37,717 nt of DNA from an uncultured virus (IMG/VR IMGVR_UViG_3300006141_000006) (IMGVR_UViG_3300006141_000006); one strand, 5' to 3'; counted from the first letter of the stretch, positions 1-9,674 are shown. Numbers and translations: made by a program. The notes: a model not told the origin generated them from the sequence alone.

Positions 1-1251
1 ATGGCTAATCTTTCCGGCGCAATCAACGCGGTATTCGGGCCTGGGTCTACGCTTGCCGGAATTGCAATGGTTGTTGGAGGAGCAGTCCTTGCTTTTACGA
101 ATTTCTTCTCCATGCTCCAAAACGGATTCAGCTTGGCGAACGAAGTGCTCATGCTTCTGGGCATTGCCATTACGGCTTTGGGCGCAATCATTCTTGGCGT
201 ATCTACGCCGGTTGCCGCAGCAATCGCTGGAATCGTAGCTGTGGCGGGTACGCTTGCGGCGGTGTTCCCAGACGTGGTAGCAGCGGTAATTACAAGCTGG
301 GATACCTTGCGCCAAACTTTTGTGGATTCCTTACAACCGATTGTTGATGTTGTCAGTTCCATCCAAACATCTATTCAAGAATGGTTTGATCAGATGCGCG
401 CCGGATGGGAAAACTACATTCAACCAGTGCTTCAGAATATTATTGATAAATTTAACGAGGTAGTACAACAGCACATTGCCCCGCTGATCGAGCAAATCCT
501 GAAGCTCATTGGTAATATTTCAGAAGTTGTAAAAATTCTTTGGGAAACTATCTTATCTCCTTTTGTATCGTGGCTTATTGGGGTTATGGGACCCAAAATC
601 GGTGCAACATTGGAATTTATTGGTAGTGTTTTTCTTACTACCATTGGCGTTATAAGCGACCTGATTACGGGTCTCCTGCAAACATTGAATGGCCTTATCA
701 AATTTTTAACTGGTGTTTTCACAGGCGATTGGGAAAAGGCTTTCAACGGAATACGAAATACTGTCGACGGTGCAATAACATTTGTTTCTGGCATAATCGA
801 CGGCTTCGTTGAAAATCTAAAAAGTGCAGTTAATTGGTTGAAAAATTTCCTAGGATTATCGAATGAAACCGCAAGAGTAAAATCACCAAGCGGATACAAC
901 ACAATTCATAAGTATTCACAAGTTTATACCATTGGACGGGCAGAAAATGTTCTTAAATCTGCACCCCTGCCCCGTCTTGCCAACGGCGCAGTAATCCCAC
1001 CCAATCAGCAATTTGCTGCGATTTTGGGTGATCAGCGAAAAGGGTACAACATCGAAGCTCCTGCGGACCTTATTTACCAAATGGTCGCAAAAGGTATTCG
1101 GGATTCCGGCGCGGCCTTGAACGGCGGCGGAAACCGCCCCATTACCGTTATTCTGCAAGTAGACCGCCGGGAGCTTGGCCGCGTTGTTTATGAAGTGAAC
1201 ACCCAGGAAACACAGCGCGTCGGCGTTCGGCTGGCAAGGGGGACAACATGA
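1..1251 (+). CDS. Tail tape measure protein, C-terminal part (5' truncated by window edge)
   Basis: Hydrophobic helices, W/F-periodic amphipathic repeats, 'LPRLANGAVIPPNQQFAAILGD' and 'VILQVDRRELGRVV' TMP-type tail; precedes tail-tip genes. Confidence 0.9.
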   Translation: MANLSGAINAVFGPGSTLAGIAMVVGGAVLAFTNFFSMLQNGFSLANEVLMLLGIAITALGAIILGVSTPVAAAIAGIVAVAGTLAAVFPDVVAAVITSWDTLRQTFVDSLQPIVDVVSSIQTSIQEWFDQMRAGWENYIQPVLQNIIDKFNEVVQQHIAPLIEQILKLIGNISEVVKILWETILSPFVSWLIGVMGPKIGATLEFIGSVFLTTIGVISDLITGLLQTLNGLIKFLTGVFTGDWEKAFNGIRNTVDGAITFVSGIIDGFVENLKSAVNWLKNFLGLSNETARVKSPSGYNTIHKYSQVYTIGRAENVLKSAPLPRLANGAVIPPNQQFAAILGDQRKGYNIEAPADLIYQMVAKGIRDSGAALNGGGNRPITVILQVDRRELGRVVYEVNTQETQRVGVRLARGTT

Positions 1252-1643
1252 ATCTTCCTGTATTCACCGTTGACGGCACAGAGTATCCCAACGTGAACGT
1301 TTTGAGCTTGAAACGATCCTTTTCGGTCCTGGACGGTCCAAACGCCGGGCGGGTTATGGACGGCTCCATGCAGCGGGACATCATCGGTACTTATTATAAT
1401 TACACGCTGGAAATCGCATCCGATTACAGCGACCCGGAGGAATACGACCGGCTGTATGAGGTGATTTCCGCCCCGCAAAACAGCCATACCCTCATCATTC
1501 CATACGCACAGGGAACCCTTACCTTTCAGGCATATGTCGCAAACGGCGAAGATTCGCTTTTTCATATCTATGACGGCCTGAACAAGTGGGACGGCCTGTC
1601 CATCAACTTCATTGCCATGAAGCCGCAGAGGAAGCCAGCATGA
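1248..1643 (+). CDS. Distal-tail-like / minor tail protein
   Basis: ATGA overlap with TMP; 'AGRVMDGSMQRDIIG' motif typical of post-TMP proteins. Confidence 0.7.
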   Translation: MNLPVFTVDGTEYPNVNVLSLKRSFSVLDGPNAGRVMDGSMQRDIIGTYYNYTLEIASDYSDPEEYDRLYEVISAPQNSHTLIIPYAQGTLTFQAYVANGEDSLFHIYDGLNKWDGLSINFIAMKPQRKPA

Positions 1644-3169
1644 GTGTTCGTATCGAGTATCAAGATATTGCCGCAGGCGCGGCGGAAGACGCCGGTATTT
1701 CCACGCAGGACGCGCAGTCCTTCAGTCAACCGGCCATGCTTCCTTTTCCGACAGACCTGCCGCCGCTGGCGTCGTTGGAACCGAATGGCTGGATTCTCGA
1801 CGGTTCCCGTGAAATCATAGACGGGCAGCCCGCCCGCTTTTGGTCAGCGGCCATGAGCGGGTCAGACGGCGCGTTTGAGGCCCCGCCGGAAATCACCATC
1901 GTTTTCCGCGCGCGGTACACGTCTCCGGGAATCTTTCTGCGGTTCGACCCCGCGTCCGGCGAATACTGCCCCCGTGTCACCATCCAATGGCGGCGCGGCA
2001 CGGCTTTGCTCGCGGAAGCCGCCTTCACGCCGGATGGCCCGGAGTTCTTTTGCAGCCGCACAGTGGAAGCTTATGACCGGATCAGCATTCGTCTGGAAGA
2101 AACCAGCCTTCCGCACCGTTTTGCCAAATTGACGCAGATTGTTTTCGGCGTAACGCGGGTGTTTCTGCGGGATGAGCTGCGGAATGTGAAAATCACGGCG
2201 GAAGCCAGTATCATTTCCTCCGAAATCGCCGTCAATACTCTGGACTTCACCTTGGACAGCGAGGACGATCTTGCCTACATGTTCCAATTCAAACAGCCGG
2301 TATCCGCCTATGACGGCGACAACCTGATTGGCGTTTTCTACATCGACCATTCCACCCACCGGGCGGCGGGGCTGTACGACGTTTCCTGCATCGACGCTAT
2401 GGGCGTTCTGGACGAGGACACCTTCCCCGCAGCGGTTTACACCAACTATCCGGCGAAAACGCTGCTGGAAGAAATTCTAGGCGGTCATTTTGATCTAAAT
2501 CTGGATGCCTCCCTAGCGGCGGCAACGGTGAGCGGATACATCCCGGAGGGGACCCGCCGGGAGGCTCTGCAACAGATGGCATTTGCTCTCTGCGCCATTG
2601 CAGACACCAGCGGGACCGATGCCGTGCGAGTTTATAAGGACCGGGAAAATACCCCGAGTCGTTTCCCGCTCCATCGGGTATACACAGGCGGGACGGTAGA
2701 GACTGCGGCAATCGTTACCGCGGTACGGGTGACCGCCCACGCTTATAGTCTGACCGGAAGCGGGAACGACACCGTAGAGGTGGGCGGGAAAACCTACTAC
2801 CACACCGCCGCAGTGACGGAAATTCTCAATCCAAAAGCAACCGCCAGCGACAAACAAAATGTGATTGAGGTGGACGGCGCAACTCTGGTAAACTCCGGGA
2901 ACGTAGCGGTAGTGGCGCAGCACATCTACGACTATTACGCCAAACGGGACCGGCAGCGCGTCAAGATCGTGCTGGCCGGCGAACACCCTGGCGACCGTAT
3001 TTCCACGCCGACGCCCTGGAAAACCATGATCAGCGGTTACATCACCCGCATGGATATTGTTTTGAGCGGCATTGCGGCGGCAGACTGCGAGGTGGTTGGC
3101 GAAGACCTGAATCTTTCCGGCGATCCGGAAATTCGGTACAGCGGTGAATTTTTCGCAGGAGGGATTTGA
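1640..3169 (+). CDS. Baseplate hub / Tal-like tail protein
   Basis: ATG 1640 overlaps upstream stop; position after Dit-like gene; beta-rich, 'GTRREALQQMAFA' hub-like motif. Confidence 0.7.
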   Translation: MSVRIEYQDIAAGAAEDAGISTQDAQSFSQPAMLPFPTDLPPLASLEPNGWILDGSREIIDGQPARFWSAAMSGSDGAFEAPPEITIVFRARYTSPGIFLRFDPASGEYCPRVTIQWRRGTALLAEAAFTPDGPEFFCSRTVEAYDRISIRLEETSLPHRFAKLTQIVFGVTRVFLRDELRNVKITAEASIISSEIAVNTLDFTLDSEDDLAYMFQFKQPVSAYDGDNLIGVFYIDHSTHRAAGLYDVSCIDAMGVLDEDTFPAAVYTNYPAKTLLEEILGGHFDLNLDASLAAATVSGYIPEGTRREALQQMAFALCAIADTSGTDAVRVYKDRENTPSRFPLHRVYTGGTVETAAIVTAVRVTAHAYSLTGSGNDTVEVGGKTYYHTAAVTEILNPKATASDKQNVIEVDGATLVNSGNVAVVAQHIYDYYAKRDRQRVKIVLAGEHPGDRISTPTPWKTMISGYITRMDIVLSGIAAADCEVVGEDLNLSGDPEIRYSGEFFAGGI

Positions 3170-3714
3170 CAGCTTTGGAACAATTTCGGAATTATTTGAT
3201 TACAGACCGTACGCAGAGCGACGTAGAACGCGTGCGGTATCTGGCGGGAATGTGGGACCCGTTTTCCCGGTCCTGGCGGGGAACGCCGGAAGAATGGGAC
3301 GAGTGGGAGGCGGGACCGAAGGGCGCGTACAACGCCAAGGACCTCAATCGCGTGACGCTGGCGGCCTCGTACCTTTTGACGAAGTTAGCAGAAGCCGGAT
3401 ATCGCATTCCGGCGGGTATTGTTCCAGCTTTTATGGTATCTGTTCTTGTGGACCCGCCCGGCAGCGGAACCGCCTATGGCGCGTTGTTTTACCGCGGCGA
3501 ACCGGTAACGGTCCGGGCGGAACCAATCGGAAGCAGCCGCTTCCTGGGCTGGGCGGAAAACGGCGAACGCGTCAGCGAGGACCCGGTTTACACCTTTACA
3601 GCCAATGCCGACTGCACCTTGACCGCAGAGTTTGAGGCAAGCTGGGTGGTTGAATCCAGCATCGTCGGCGCAGGACGCATCGGAACAGCAATTCTTGGAA
3701 GGGGGATTTCGTAA
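3166..3714 (+). CDS. Tail protein: conserved N-terminal half plus InlB-B-repeat-like small beta domain
   Basis: RBS GGAGGG, TTG start; '[22 protein letters not shown]', then '[26 protein letters not shown]'. Confidence 0.65.
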   Translation: MTALEQFRNYLITDRTQSDVERVRYLAGMWDPFSRSWRGTPEEWDEWEAGPKGAYNAKDLNRVTLAASYLLTKLAEAGYRIPAGIVPAFMVSVLVDPPGSGTAYGALFYRGEPVTVRAEPIGSSRFLGWAENGERVSEDPVYTFTANADCTLTAEFEASWVVESSIVGAGRIGTAILGRGIS

Positions 3715-4148
3715 TGTATGTACCTACCGTGTGGAAAAACGGCGATCTGCTGACGGCGGAAAACCTGAACAAGCTGGAAAACGCCGTAAGCAACGAACAG
3801 ATTGGCCCGCAAGGCCCACAGGGAGAGGCGGGGCCCCCTGGACCGCAGGGAGACCCAGGCCCGCAAGGACCAACGGGACCCGTTGGTCCGCAAGGCGAAA
3901 CCGGCCCCGCCGGTCCGCAAGGCCCAGAGGGTCCAGCAGGCCCGCAAGGCCCGCAGGGCGACTCCGGCGTTATCAGCTTTAATGGCCGCAGCGGCGCGGT
4001 TGTGCCCGAAAGAGAGGACTACACCGCAGAGATGGTGGGGGCGATTCCCACTGGAGATGTTGGTAATTTTCTGGTTCGCACCCAGGAAGAATATGACACT
4101 CTGCCGGAAAAAGACCCAAATACGGTTTACCTGATTCCGGAGGAATGA
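3714..4148 (+). CDS. Collagen-like tail fibre protein
   Basis: 18 Gly-X-Y triplets, '[11 protein letters not shown]' and C-terminal '[19 protein letters not shown]'. Confidence 0.85.
   Translation: MYVPTVWKNGDLLTAENLNKLENAVSNEQIGPQGPQGEAGPPGPQGDPGPQGPTGPVGPQGETGPAGPQGPEGPAGPQGPQGDSGVISFNGRSGAVVPEREDYTAEMVGAIPTGDVGNFLVRTQEEYDTLPEKDPNTVYLIPEE
3804..3965 (+). repeat. Gly-X-Y coding repeat (ggcccgcaa-like 9-mers)
   Basis: Directly visible 9-bp periodicity. Confidence 0.9.
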
Positions 4149-4151
4149 CCC

Positions 4152-4883
4152 ATGCTTCGAGCGGGAGAACAGAAAATCGCCGCAGTATACTGCGGCGGCG
4201 CAAAGATCAAACGGGCTTATGTTGGAGATACGCTGACGTTTGAAGCAAACAAGCCGTCCAGACTGCCGGAGGGCTATCAAGAAGTCCGATACATTCAATC
4301 ACTCGGCAGCGTTTTTCTAAATACAGTAGTTATGGGCGCAGCGATGAAAATGGTAATGGATGTGGAGCCGACGGAAGTTCCATCAAGCGGAATTTATCAT
4401 TATTTTTTATTTGCATATTCCAGACATTCGGTCAGCAATGGCAGATATCAACACAGGCAGCTTGCAGTAAACTACGCGCCAACTTTTATTGGCGGAGTCA
4501 TGGGCTCTGGTTCCGGCACATCCACAACGCCCAGTTGGCCTTTCTCGAAAATTACGGAAAATGTAACCCCAAGACGTATGTTGATAACGGTTGATTACCC
4601 AAACACAAAAATTATGGTGGATGACACCACTTTTAAGGGCCTTGCTACCGCCGCATCCTATATACCAAACGCAGCGGTTCGTGTGTTAGGCAGCGCGGCA
4701 GCTGAGACTTCCTCGGTTAAAGCCAAATTGTATTCTCTCAAATTCTATGACGGCGATGAATTGATTCGGGATTTTGTTCCCTGTATCAACCCGGAAGGCA
4801 TTACGGGCGTCTACGATATTATTGGAGACCTGTTTCGCTCAAGCGCAACCTCTACACCGCTTATTGCAGGCCCCGCCGTATGA
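4152..4883 (+). CDS. Putative receptor-binding / lectin-like tail protein
   Basis: RBS GGAGG; 'LPEGYQEVRYIQS...LYSLKFYDGDELIRDFVPC..GVYDII' beta-sandwich-like module with an AT-richer middle. Confidence 0.6.
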   Translation: MLRAGEQKIAAVYCGGAKIKRAYVGDTLTFEANKPSRLPEGYQEVRYIQSLGSVFLNTVVMGAAMKMVMDVEPTEVPSSGIYHYFLFAYSRHSVSNGRYQHRQLAVNYAPTFIGGVMGSGSGTSTTPSWPFSKITENVTPRRMLITVDYPNTKIMVDDTTFKGLATAASYIPNAAVRVLGSAAAETSSVKAKLYSLKFYDGDELIRDFVPCINPEGITGVYDIIGDLFRSSATSTPLIAGPAV

Positions 4884-4896
4884 AAGGAGGACTACC

Positions 4897-5154
4897 TTGC
4901 CGACGCCTAAAACATGGAGGAAAGAGGATATCCCCACGCCGAACGAGATGGAAGCCTATCTCTCCCGCATTCAAGCGGTGCGGGATGCATTCCCCGGCGT
5001 GTCTGGGTTTCCTTCCATTCCGCCCGATATGAACCGCCTGACCTTTGAAACCGCCAACAACTTGGAACAGATTCTTCTGCAAACACATGAGCTGTTCACG
5101 CAAATGAAAAAAAGCCGGATGTATGCCGGTGAGACTGCATCAGGAGGTTTTTGA
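4897..5154 (+). CDS. Small tail protein (apparent C-terminal half of split gene)
   Basis: AAAGGAGG RBS then TTG at 4897, in frame with ORF 4774..5154. Confidence 0.65.
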   Translation: MPTPKTWRKEDIPTPNEMEAYLSRIQAVRDAFPGVSGFPSIPPDMNRLTFETANNLEQILLQTHELFTQMKKSRMYAGETASGGF

Positions 5155-5156
5155 CT

Positions 5157-5561
5157 ATGCAGGACGCAATTATGAAAGGGACCGGAAATTCCCGCTATTT
5201 GAAATCCGTGAGCGGGTTTCTGACGCTCTATCCAACCTATGAAGCCTTTGTCGATGCGCTGGTAAGCGGCACCCTGCCAGTCGATTTCAACGGCATCAAC
5301 CCGGATGGCTGGGCGCAGGAGGGAACGCCGCTGGACAAGGCGAGCCTGTTGACGGATTCTACTGCGGGGCTGGCCGGATTAAGTGAGGAAGATACGCCAA
5401 ATGATATGTTCGCCGCGCTGTTTCATAAGGCAAACGGCGCAAAGACAACGGCGGACAGCGCATTGAGTAAGGCAAATGGTTTGATTACCTATGGCACCTC
5501 TGATTTAACGGCTGGCAGTTCTAATTTGACAACCGGAACAATTTACCTTGTGTATAAGTAA
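5157..5561 (+). CDS. Tail fibre anchor-like protein
   Basis: AGGAGG RBS; 'QEGTPLDKASLL' motif; ends 'TGTIYLVYK'. Confidence 0.6.
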   Translation: MQDAIMKGTGNSRYLKSVSGFLTLYPTYEAFVDALVSGTLPVDFNGINPDGWAQEGTPLDKASLLTDSTAGLAGLSEEDTPNDMFAALFHKANGAKTTADSALSKANGLITYGTSDLTAGSSNLTTGTIYLVYK

Positions 5562-5573
5562 GGGGGAATTGAT

Positions 5574-6560
5574 TTGTCGACGCGGTATGTTTGGAGTATA
5601 TATCCAGTTTCAATCAAAGATGATCGAACAACAGCAATATATGCTCGTGCAAGTCATGCAGAGGTATTCTTATGTAATAGCTATCAAACAACTGTTATAC
5701 ACGGACAAAACAGCGCGTCGAATGGATATTTATTGGTGCAATATACCCCAGTTGGCGGCATTACTGTATCTGGGATTGGTGGAACCGATAAAAGTAATCC
5801 AACGAGCAGTTATCGATACGCCATTTTAAATGGGAGATATTATCATTCTTCAGGATCCTATGTTCCGAAGTCTAGTACACTTTGCGAAGTAATAAGCGGC
5901 CAATATTGGCACGCACAGTTCCACTCCGGCTTAAGCAATGGAGATGCGACAATCTACATAAATGATTCAACAGACGACTTTAATTCTAGAGAAAGATTCT
6001 ATAAATCGAATGGGGTATTATCAAAAGGAAGCACAATATCTTCTTATAAGACGCAAGCAAGTAAAAATTTAGAAGATGGTGCCTTTTTAGAAAACGGCAC
6101 TGCTTGGTGGAGAGAATATTTAGGTTCTGATACGATTGATCCCACTGCGGTTGCATATTCCAAATCTGATCTTCAGGCAGGAGAATCTGTAACCATTCAA
6201 GTATCTCCCAGAACCCCGACATATGGGGGAACTATTTCCTATCAATATCAATATTCCACCGACGGAGGAAGCTCCTGGACAAATATCGGCAGCAAAACCA
6301 CAAATACCAGCGTATCCGTTACGATTCCAGACGGGGCAAAGCAGTTCAAAGCCCGCGTGCGGGCTTCCGACAACTACGGCTTTACATCATCGGACTATGT
6401 TACGGGCCCAGCCTTGGGTGTTTCTGTGTTGAAAGCCTATGTTGGCATAAATACCAAAGCCCGCGCCGTTTCAAAAATTTATGTCGGCGTGAACGGTAAG
6501 GCACGCGAAGTAGTAAAGGGATATATTGGCGTGGGTGGCAAGGCACGAAAATTTTTGTAA
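5574..6560 (+). CDS. Tail-associated protein with AT-rich N-terminal region and Fn3-like domain
   Basis: AAGGGGG RBS, TTG start; 'YQYQYSTDGGSSWT..FKARVRASD' Fn3-like; repeated '(Y/I)VG.NGKAR' tail. Confidence 0.65.
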   Translation: MSTRYVWSIYPVSIKDDRTTAIYARASHAEVFLCNSYQTTVIHGQNSASNGYLLVQYTPVGGITVSGIGGTDKSNPTSSYRYAILNGRYYHSSGSYVPKSSTLCEVISGQYWHAQFHSGLSNGDATIYINDSTDDFNSRERFYKSNGVLSKGSTISSYKTQASKNLEDGAFLENGTAWWREYLGSDTIDPTAVAYSKSDLQAGESVTIQVSPRTPTYGGTISYQYQYSTDGGSSWTNIGSKTTNTSVSVTIPDGAKQFKARVRASDNYGFTSSDYVTGPALGVSVLKAYVGINTKARAVSKIYVGVNGKAREVVKGYIGVGGKARKFL

Positions 6561-6623
6561 AATCTGTATGCCCATTTCTTATGCAACTTTTGTCCTCAAT
6601 CCCCGCTGATAAGGAGGTGAAAC

Positions 6624-7250
6624 ATGTTTACTCTATACGCAGAAAAAAACAAACTGACCTTGCGGGGGCGGGAAACGCTCACCAGCGGGAGCGTCAACAT
6701 CTACGATGTGCGGTTCACGTTTTCCGCGGATTGGGATGGATTAAGCCGAATCGCTGTATTCCGGGCTGGAACCAGCGGCGAACCGACCGCCGTGAAAGTG
6801 GATGAAAACGGCGGATGTGTGATTCCTTGGGAGGCTCTGACGAAAAAGGGCGTCCTGCTGATGGCCGGCGTCTACGGAACGGGAGAAGGCGGAGAGATTG
6901 TCCTTCCCACCGTCTGGGCAAGCCTGGGCACAATCTTTGAGGGCGCAAAGCTCGGTCAAAACACCCAGCCGCCTACGCCGGATTTATGGCAGCAGGAGCT
7001 TGCCGGGAAAGCCGACGGGCTGGATTACACGACGGATGGCGAACTTGGCTTATATGCAGGAAAGAAGCTGCTGTCTTCCGTCCCTATCCAGGGAGGCGGA
7101 GGAGGGGGCGTATCCGATCACCGGCTTCTTTCCCACCGGGAGGATGAAAACCAGCACCCTATATCGTCCATCATTCACTTGGAAGAAACGCTTGACACCA
7201 TTCCTACTGCAATGACCGCAGAGGAACTGCGAAAAATTCTGATGACTTGA
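6624..7250 (+). CDS. Upper-baseplate (BppU-like) N-terminal domain protein
   Basis: AAGGAGG RBS; 'VRFTFSADWDGL..AVF..CVIPWEAL..L.AGVYG'. Confidence 0.6.
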   Translation: MFTLYAEKNKLTLRGRETLTSGSVNIYDVRFTFSADWDGLSRIAVFRAGTSGEPTAVKVDENGGCVIPWEALTKKGVLLMAGVYGTGEGGEIVLPTVWASLGTIFEGAKLGQNTQPPTPDLWQQELAGKADGLDYTTDGELGLYAGKKLLSSVPIQGGGGGGVSDHRLLSHREDENQHPISSIIHLEETLDTIPTAMTAEELRKILMT

Positions 7251-7264
7251 AAGGGGATTATGCT

Positions 7265-7768
7265 ATGACACCAAGAACAGCTATGACCGACACCTATGTA
7301 AATTCCATCCGCCTACAGGAGTTTTGGACCGCAATCAAGACCGCCCTGGCAGGAAAGGCCGATATTGGGGCCCTAAACAACTACACAACGCCCGACGCGG
7401 TCGCAACGGCCATCACGTCCGCACTGGCGAACTATGCCACAAATGCCAGCGTACAGACGGCCATTGCAACGGCTCTGGCGAATTATATGACTTCTGCGGA
7501 GGTGAATCAGGCCATTGCTGACGCTGTTGTTGACGCCAGCGGAATTCGGTTTGAGGCGGTGGAGGCCCTGCCGGAGGCCGGAGAATCCAATGTGATCTAC
7601 CTGGTTCCCAGCGCGGCAAATGCCGTGAACAACGCAAAGGACGAATATATGTGGCTGGACGGCAAGTGGGAGCTGTTTGGCAGCACTGCCGTTGATTTGA
7701 GCGGTTATTGGAGCAAGGACGCGCTTCGGGCTATGACGGCGGACGAATTGCAGGCGATTCTGGTATGA
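7265..7768 (+). CDS. Tail fibre-associated protein
   Basis: Ala/Thr-rich 'ALANY' repeats; 'EALPEAGESNVIYLVP..DEYMWLDGKWELFGSTAVDLSGY'. Confidence 0.65.
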   Translation: MTPRTAMTDTYVNSIRLQEFWTAIKTALAGKADIGALNNYTTPDAVATAITSALANYATNASVQTAIATALANYMTSAEVNQAIADAVVDASGIRFEAVEALPEAGESNVIYLVPSAANAVNNAKDEYMWLDGKWELFGSTAVDLSGYWSKDALRAMTADELQAILV

Positions 7769-8370
7769 GTATTGAAAAATACCTGAACGGTCAACGGACG
7801 CAGGAGCTTTGGACGAAGATCAAAACCGCTCTGAGCGGCAAGCAGGACCGATTGATCCCGGATGAAACGATTCTGATAAAAGATGGAGGCATTTCCGTCA
7901 AAACGCCGGTGAAACCGCTGACAAAGGCTGCGTATGATGGGCTGTCCGAGGAGGAGAAGCAGGCGGAGGCGGTGTATCTGGTGGACGAGCCGCCGTGGAC
8001 GCCCATTCCGCTCTCCATTCAGGAGTACGATACGGAAGATGGCTGGCATGTACGGAAATGGTCTAACGGATATGTGGAGATGTCCATCCGCCAGACAGTG
8101 TCTATTCCTAGTAATAGGTGGAACAACTGGTTAAATGTATTTGTATCTGTACCTAGCATATTTCTAAGCATCCCCTATCCATTGACGTTGGTGGAATTCT
8201 ATTCAGAAAATGTCACTGAATCTGGGCCCTCTCCCTTTTTCTTATTTTTTCGCAAAGAAAATGACAGTTTGAGAGAGACCAGAGTATATGATGCCGTTCG
8301 TGGATCTCCGGCTCCTAGCCAAGCTATGAATTTTATGGTAGACCGAAAAATTTGCGGCCGCTGGAAGTGA
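7765..8370 (+). CDS. Tail fibre / receptor-binding protein 1 ('RKW..G...GRWK' C-terminal domain)
   Basis: ATGA overlap; C-terminal domain paralogous to that of next gene. Confidence 0.7.
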   Translation: MSIEKYLNGQRTQELWTKIKTALSGKQDRLIPDETILIKDGGISVKTPVKPLTKAAYDGLSEEEKQAEAVYLVDEPPWTPIPLSIQEYDTEDGWHVRKWSNGYVEMSIRQTVSIPSNRWNNWLNVFVSVPSIFLSIPYPLTLVEFYSENVTESGPSPFFLFFRKENDSLRETRVYDAVRGSPAPSQAMNFMVDRKICGRWK

Positions 8371-8379
8371 GGTGAAATC

Positions 8380-9288
8380 ATGAACGCATATTATAAAGGT
8401 CAACTCCTTTGCGGTCCACGCGGCCCAGCAGGCCCAGATGGAAACCCAGTCGGAACGGTTATCAGCTTTTTAGGCTTAACCGCACCAAAAGATTATCTGA
8501 TTTGCGACGGCGCAGAATACCATATTGCGGATTACCCGGAACTTGCCGAATTCTTCCAGCAGCAGTTTGGCGCGGCAAATCACTTTGGCGGGGGTGGCGC
8601 AACTTCCTTCGCTGTGCCGGATATGCGGAATCTGTTCCTCCGGGGATATCATGGTGAATCGGAAGAACCATTGAGCGGAAATGTCGGTGAAAAACAGGAG
8701 GCCACCAAAATCCCGAATATCTACGTAGCAGCTTATGGCAGGGGACTTTTCGTTGGGAAAAATCCGAGCCTTGATGGGAACTGGCCGGATCAGGTGGATA
8801 GGAAAGAACCTGAACAATCTACATATTCCGAAACTTCGGCAACCGTACATTCAGGGGCCGTTTCTGCTCACTATACAACCCGCCCCGTCAACATGGCTGT
8901 GCTGTTTTGCATCAAGGCAGTGGAGAGCATTGGTGGCTTGGATGAATACGATACGGAAGACGGCTGGCACGTGCGGAAGTGGGCCGATGGCTATGTTGAG
9001 ATGATTTTAGAAACAACCACAAATACCAACAATTGGTCGCCGCTTACTACTAATATCCAATACAATACACTTACTTCAATAAATCTGCCTTTTTCGCTCG
9101 TGAAAAGATACAAAACGGATGCGAATGCCTTTGACAACAACGGCGGCTATCAATCAGTCGGGGCTTTCCAGCAATTAAATTCCAACCATCTATTAAGTTC
9201 CACCGGAGATTTTTGGATGATTGCCTTCTCCAATGCACCGCCAAAATCGGTCGGAGTTACAATCGAAATCACAGGCCGTTGGAAGTGA
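8380..9288 (+). CDS. Tail collar-domain fibre / receptor-binding protein 2
   Basis: Collar motif 'PVGTVISF..PKDYLICDG..YPELA..FAVPDMRNLFLRG', 'TRPVNMAVLFCIKA', then the GRWK domain. Confidence 0.85.
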   Translation: MNAYYKGQLLCGPRGPAGPDGNPVGTVISFLGLTAPKDYLICDGAEYHIADYPELAEFFQQQFGAANHFGGGGATSFAVPDMRNLFLRGYHGESEEPLSGNVGEKQEATKIPNIYVAAYGRGLFVGKNPSLDGNWPDQVDRKEPEQSTYSETSATVHSGAVSAHYTTRPVNMAVLFCIKAVESIGGLDEYDTEDGWHVRKWADGYVEMILETTTNTNNWSPLTTNIQYNTLTSINLPFSLVKRYKTDANAFDNNGGYQSVGAFQQLNSNHLLSSTGDFWMIAFSNAPPKSVGVTIEITGRWK

Positions 9289-9341
9289 GAAAACCCAAAC
9301 GGACTTCCCACAAAAACCACAAATTGAAAGGAAGGAAAACC

Positions 9342-9674
9342 ATGCCTGAAATTTGTACGGATAATCCCCGCGACTGCCCACTGCTGCCGCGTATTGAGGT
9401 GTTGGAGCAGGACAGCGCACACAATAAGGAATCTCATAAGGAGATTTACCAGAAGCTGGACGCTTCTCACACCTCGGTTGCGGTCATTGAGGAGCGTTTG
9501 AACCAGATCAAAGAAGACACGGAAGAAATCAAGACCGCCTTGCAGGAGGAGAAAAACACCGTCCAGGAATTGCGGGACAAGCCCGGCAAACGCTGGGAAA
9601 GCCTCGTGGAGAAAACAATCTGGGCGGTCTGCGCCGCCGTCATCGCCTTTTTGCTTGGGAGGGTGGGGCTGTGA
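9342..9674 (+). CDS. Coiled-coil protein with C-terminal TM helix (XhlA-like lysis accessory)
   Basis: GAAGGA RBS; coiled coil plus hydrophobic tail; first gene of lysis module. Confidence 0.6.
   Translation: MPEICTDNPRDCPLLPRIEVLEQDSAHNKESHKEIYQKLDASHTSVAVIEERLNQIKEDTEEIKTALQEEKNTVQELRDKPGKRWESLVEKTIWAVCAAVIAFLLGRVGL

Noticed and set aside
7765..9288. Invertase-driven shufflon
   Set aside because: Repeats are direct, there are no inverted silent cassettes, and the only recombinase is the integrase-type LSR.
8023..9289. Diversity-generating retroelement (VR/TR pair)
   Set aside because: No reverse transcriptase in the window; mismatches are mostly third-position and not adenine-specific; both copies are coding.
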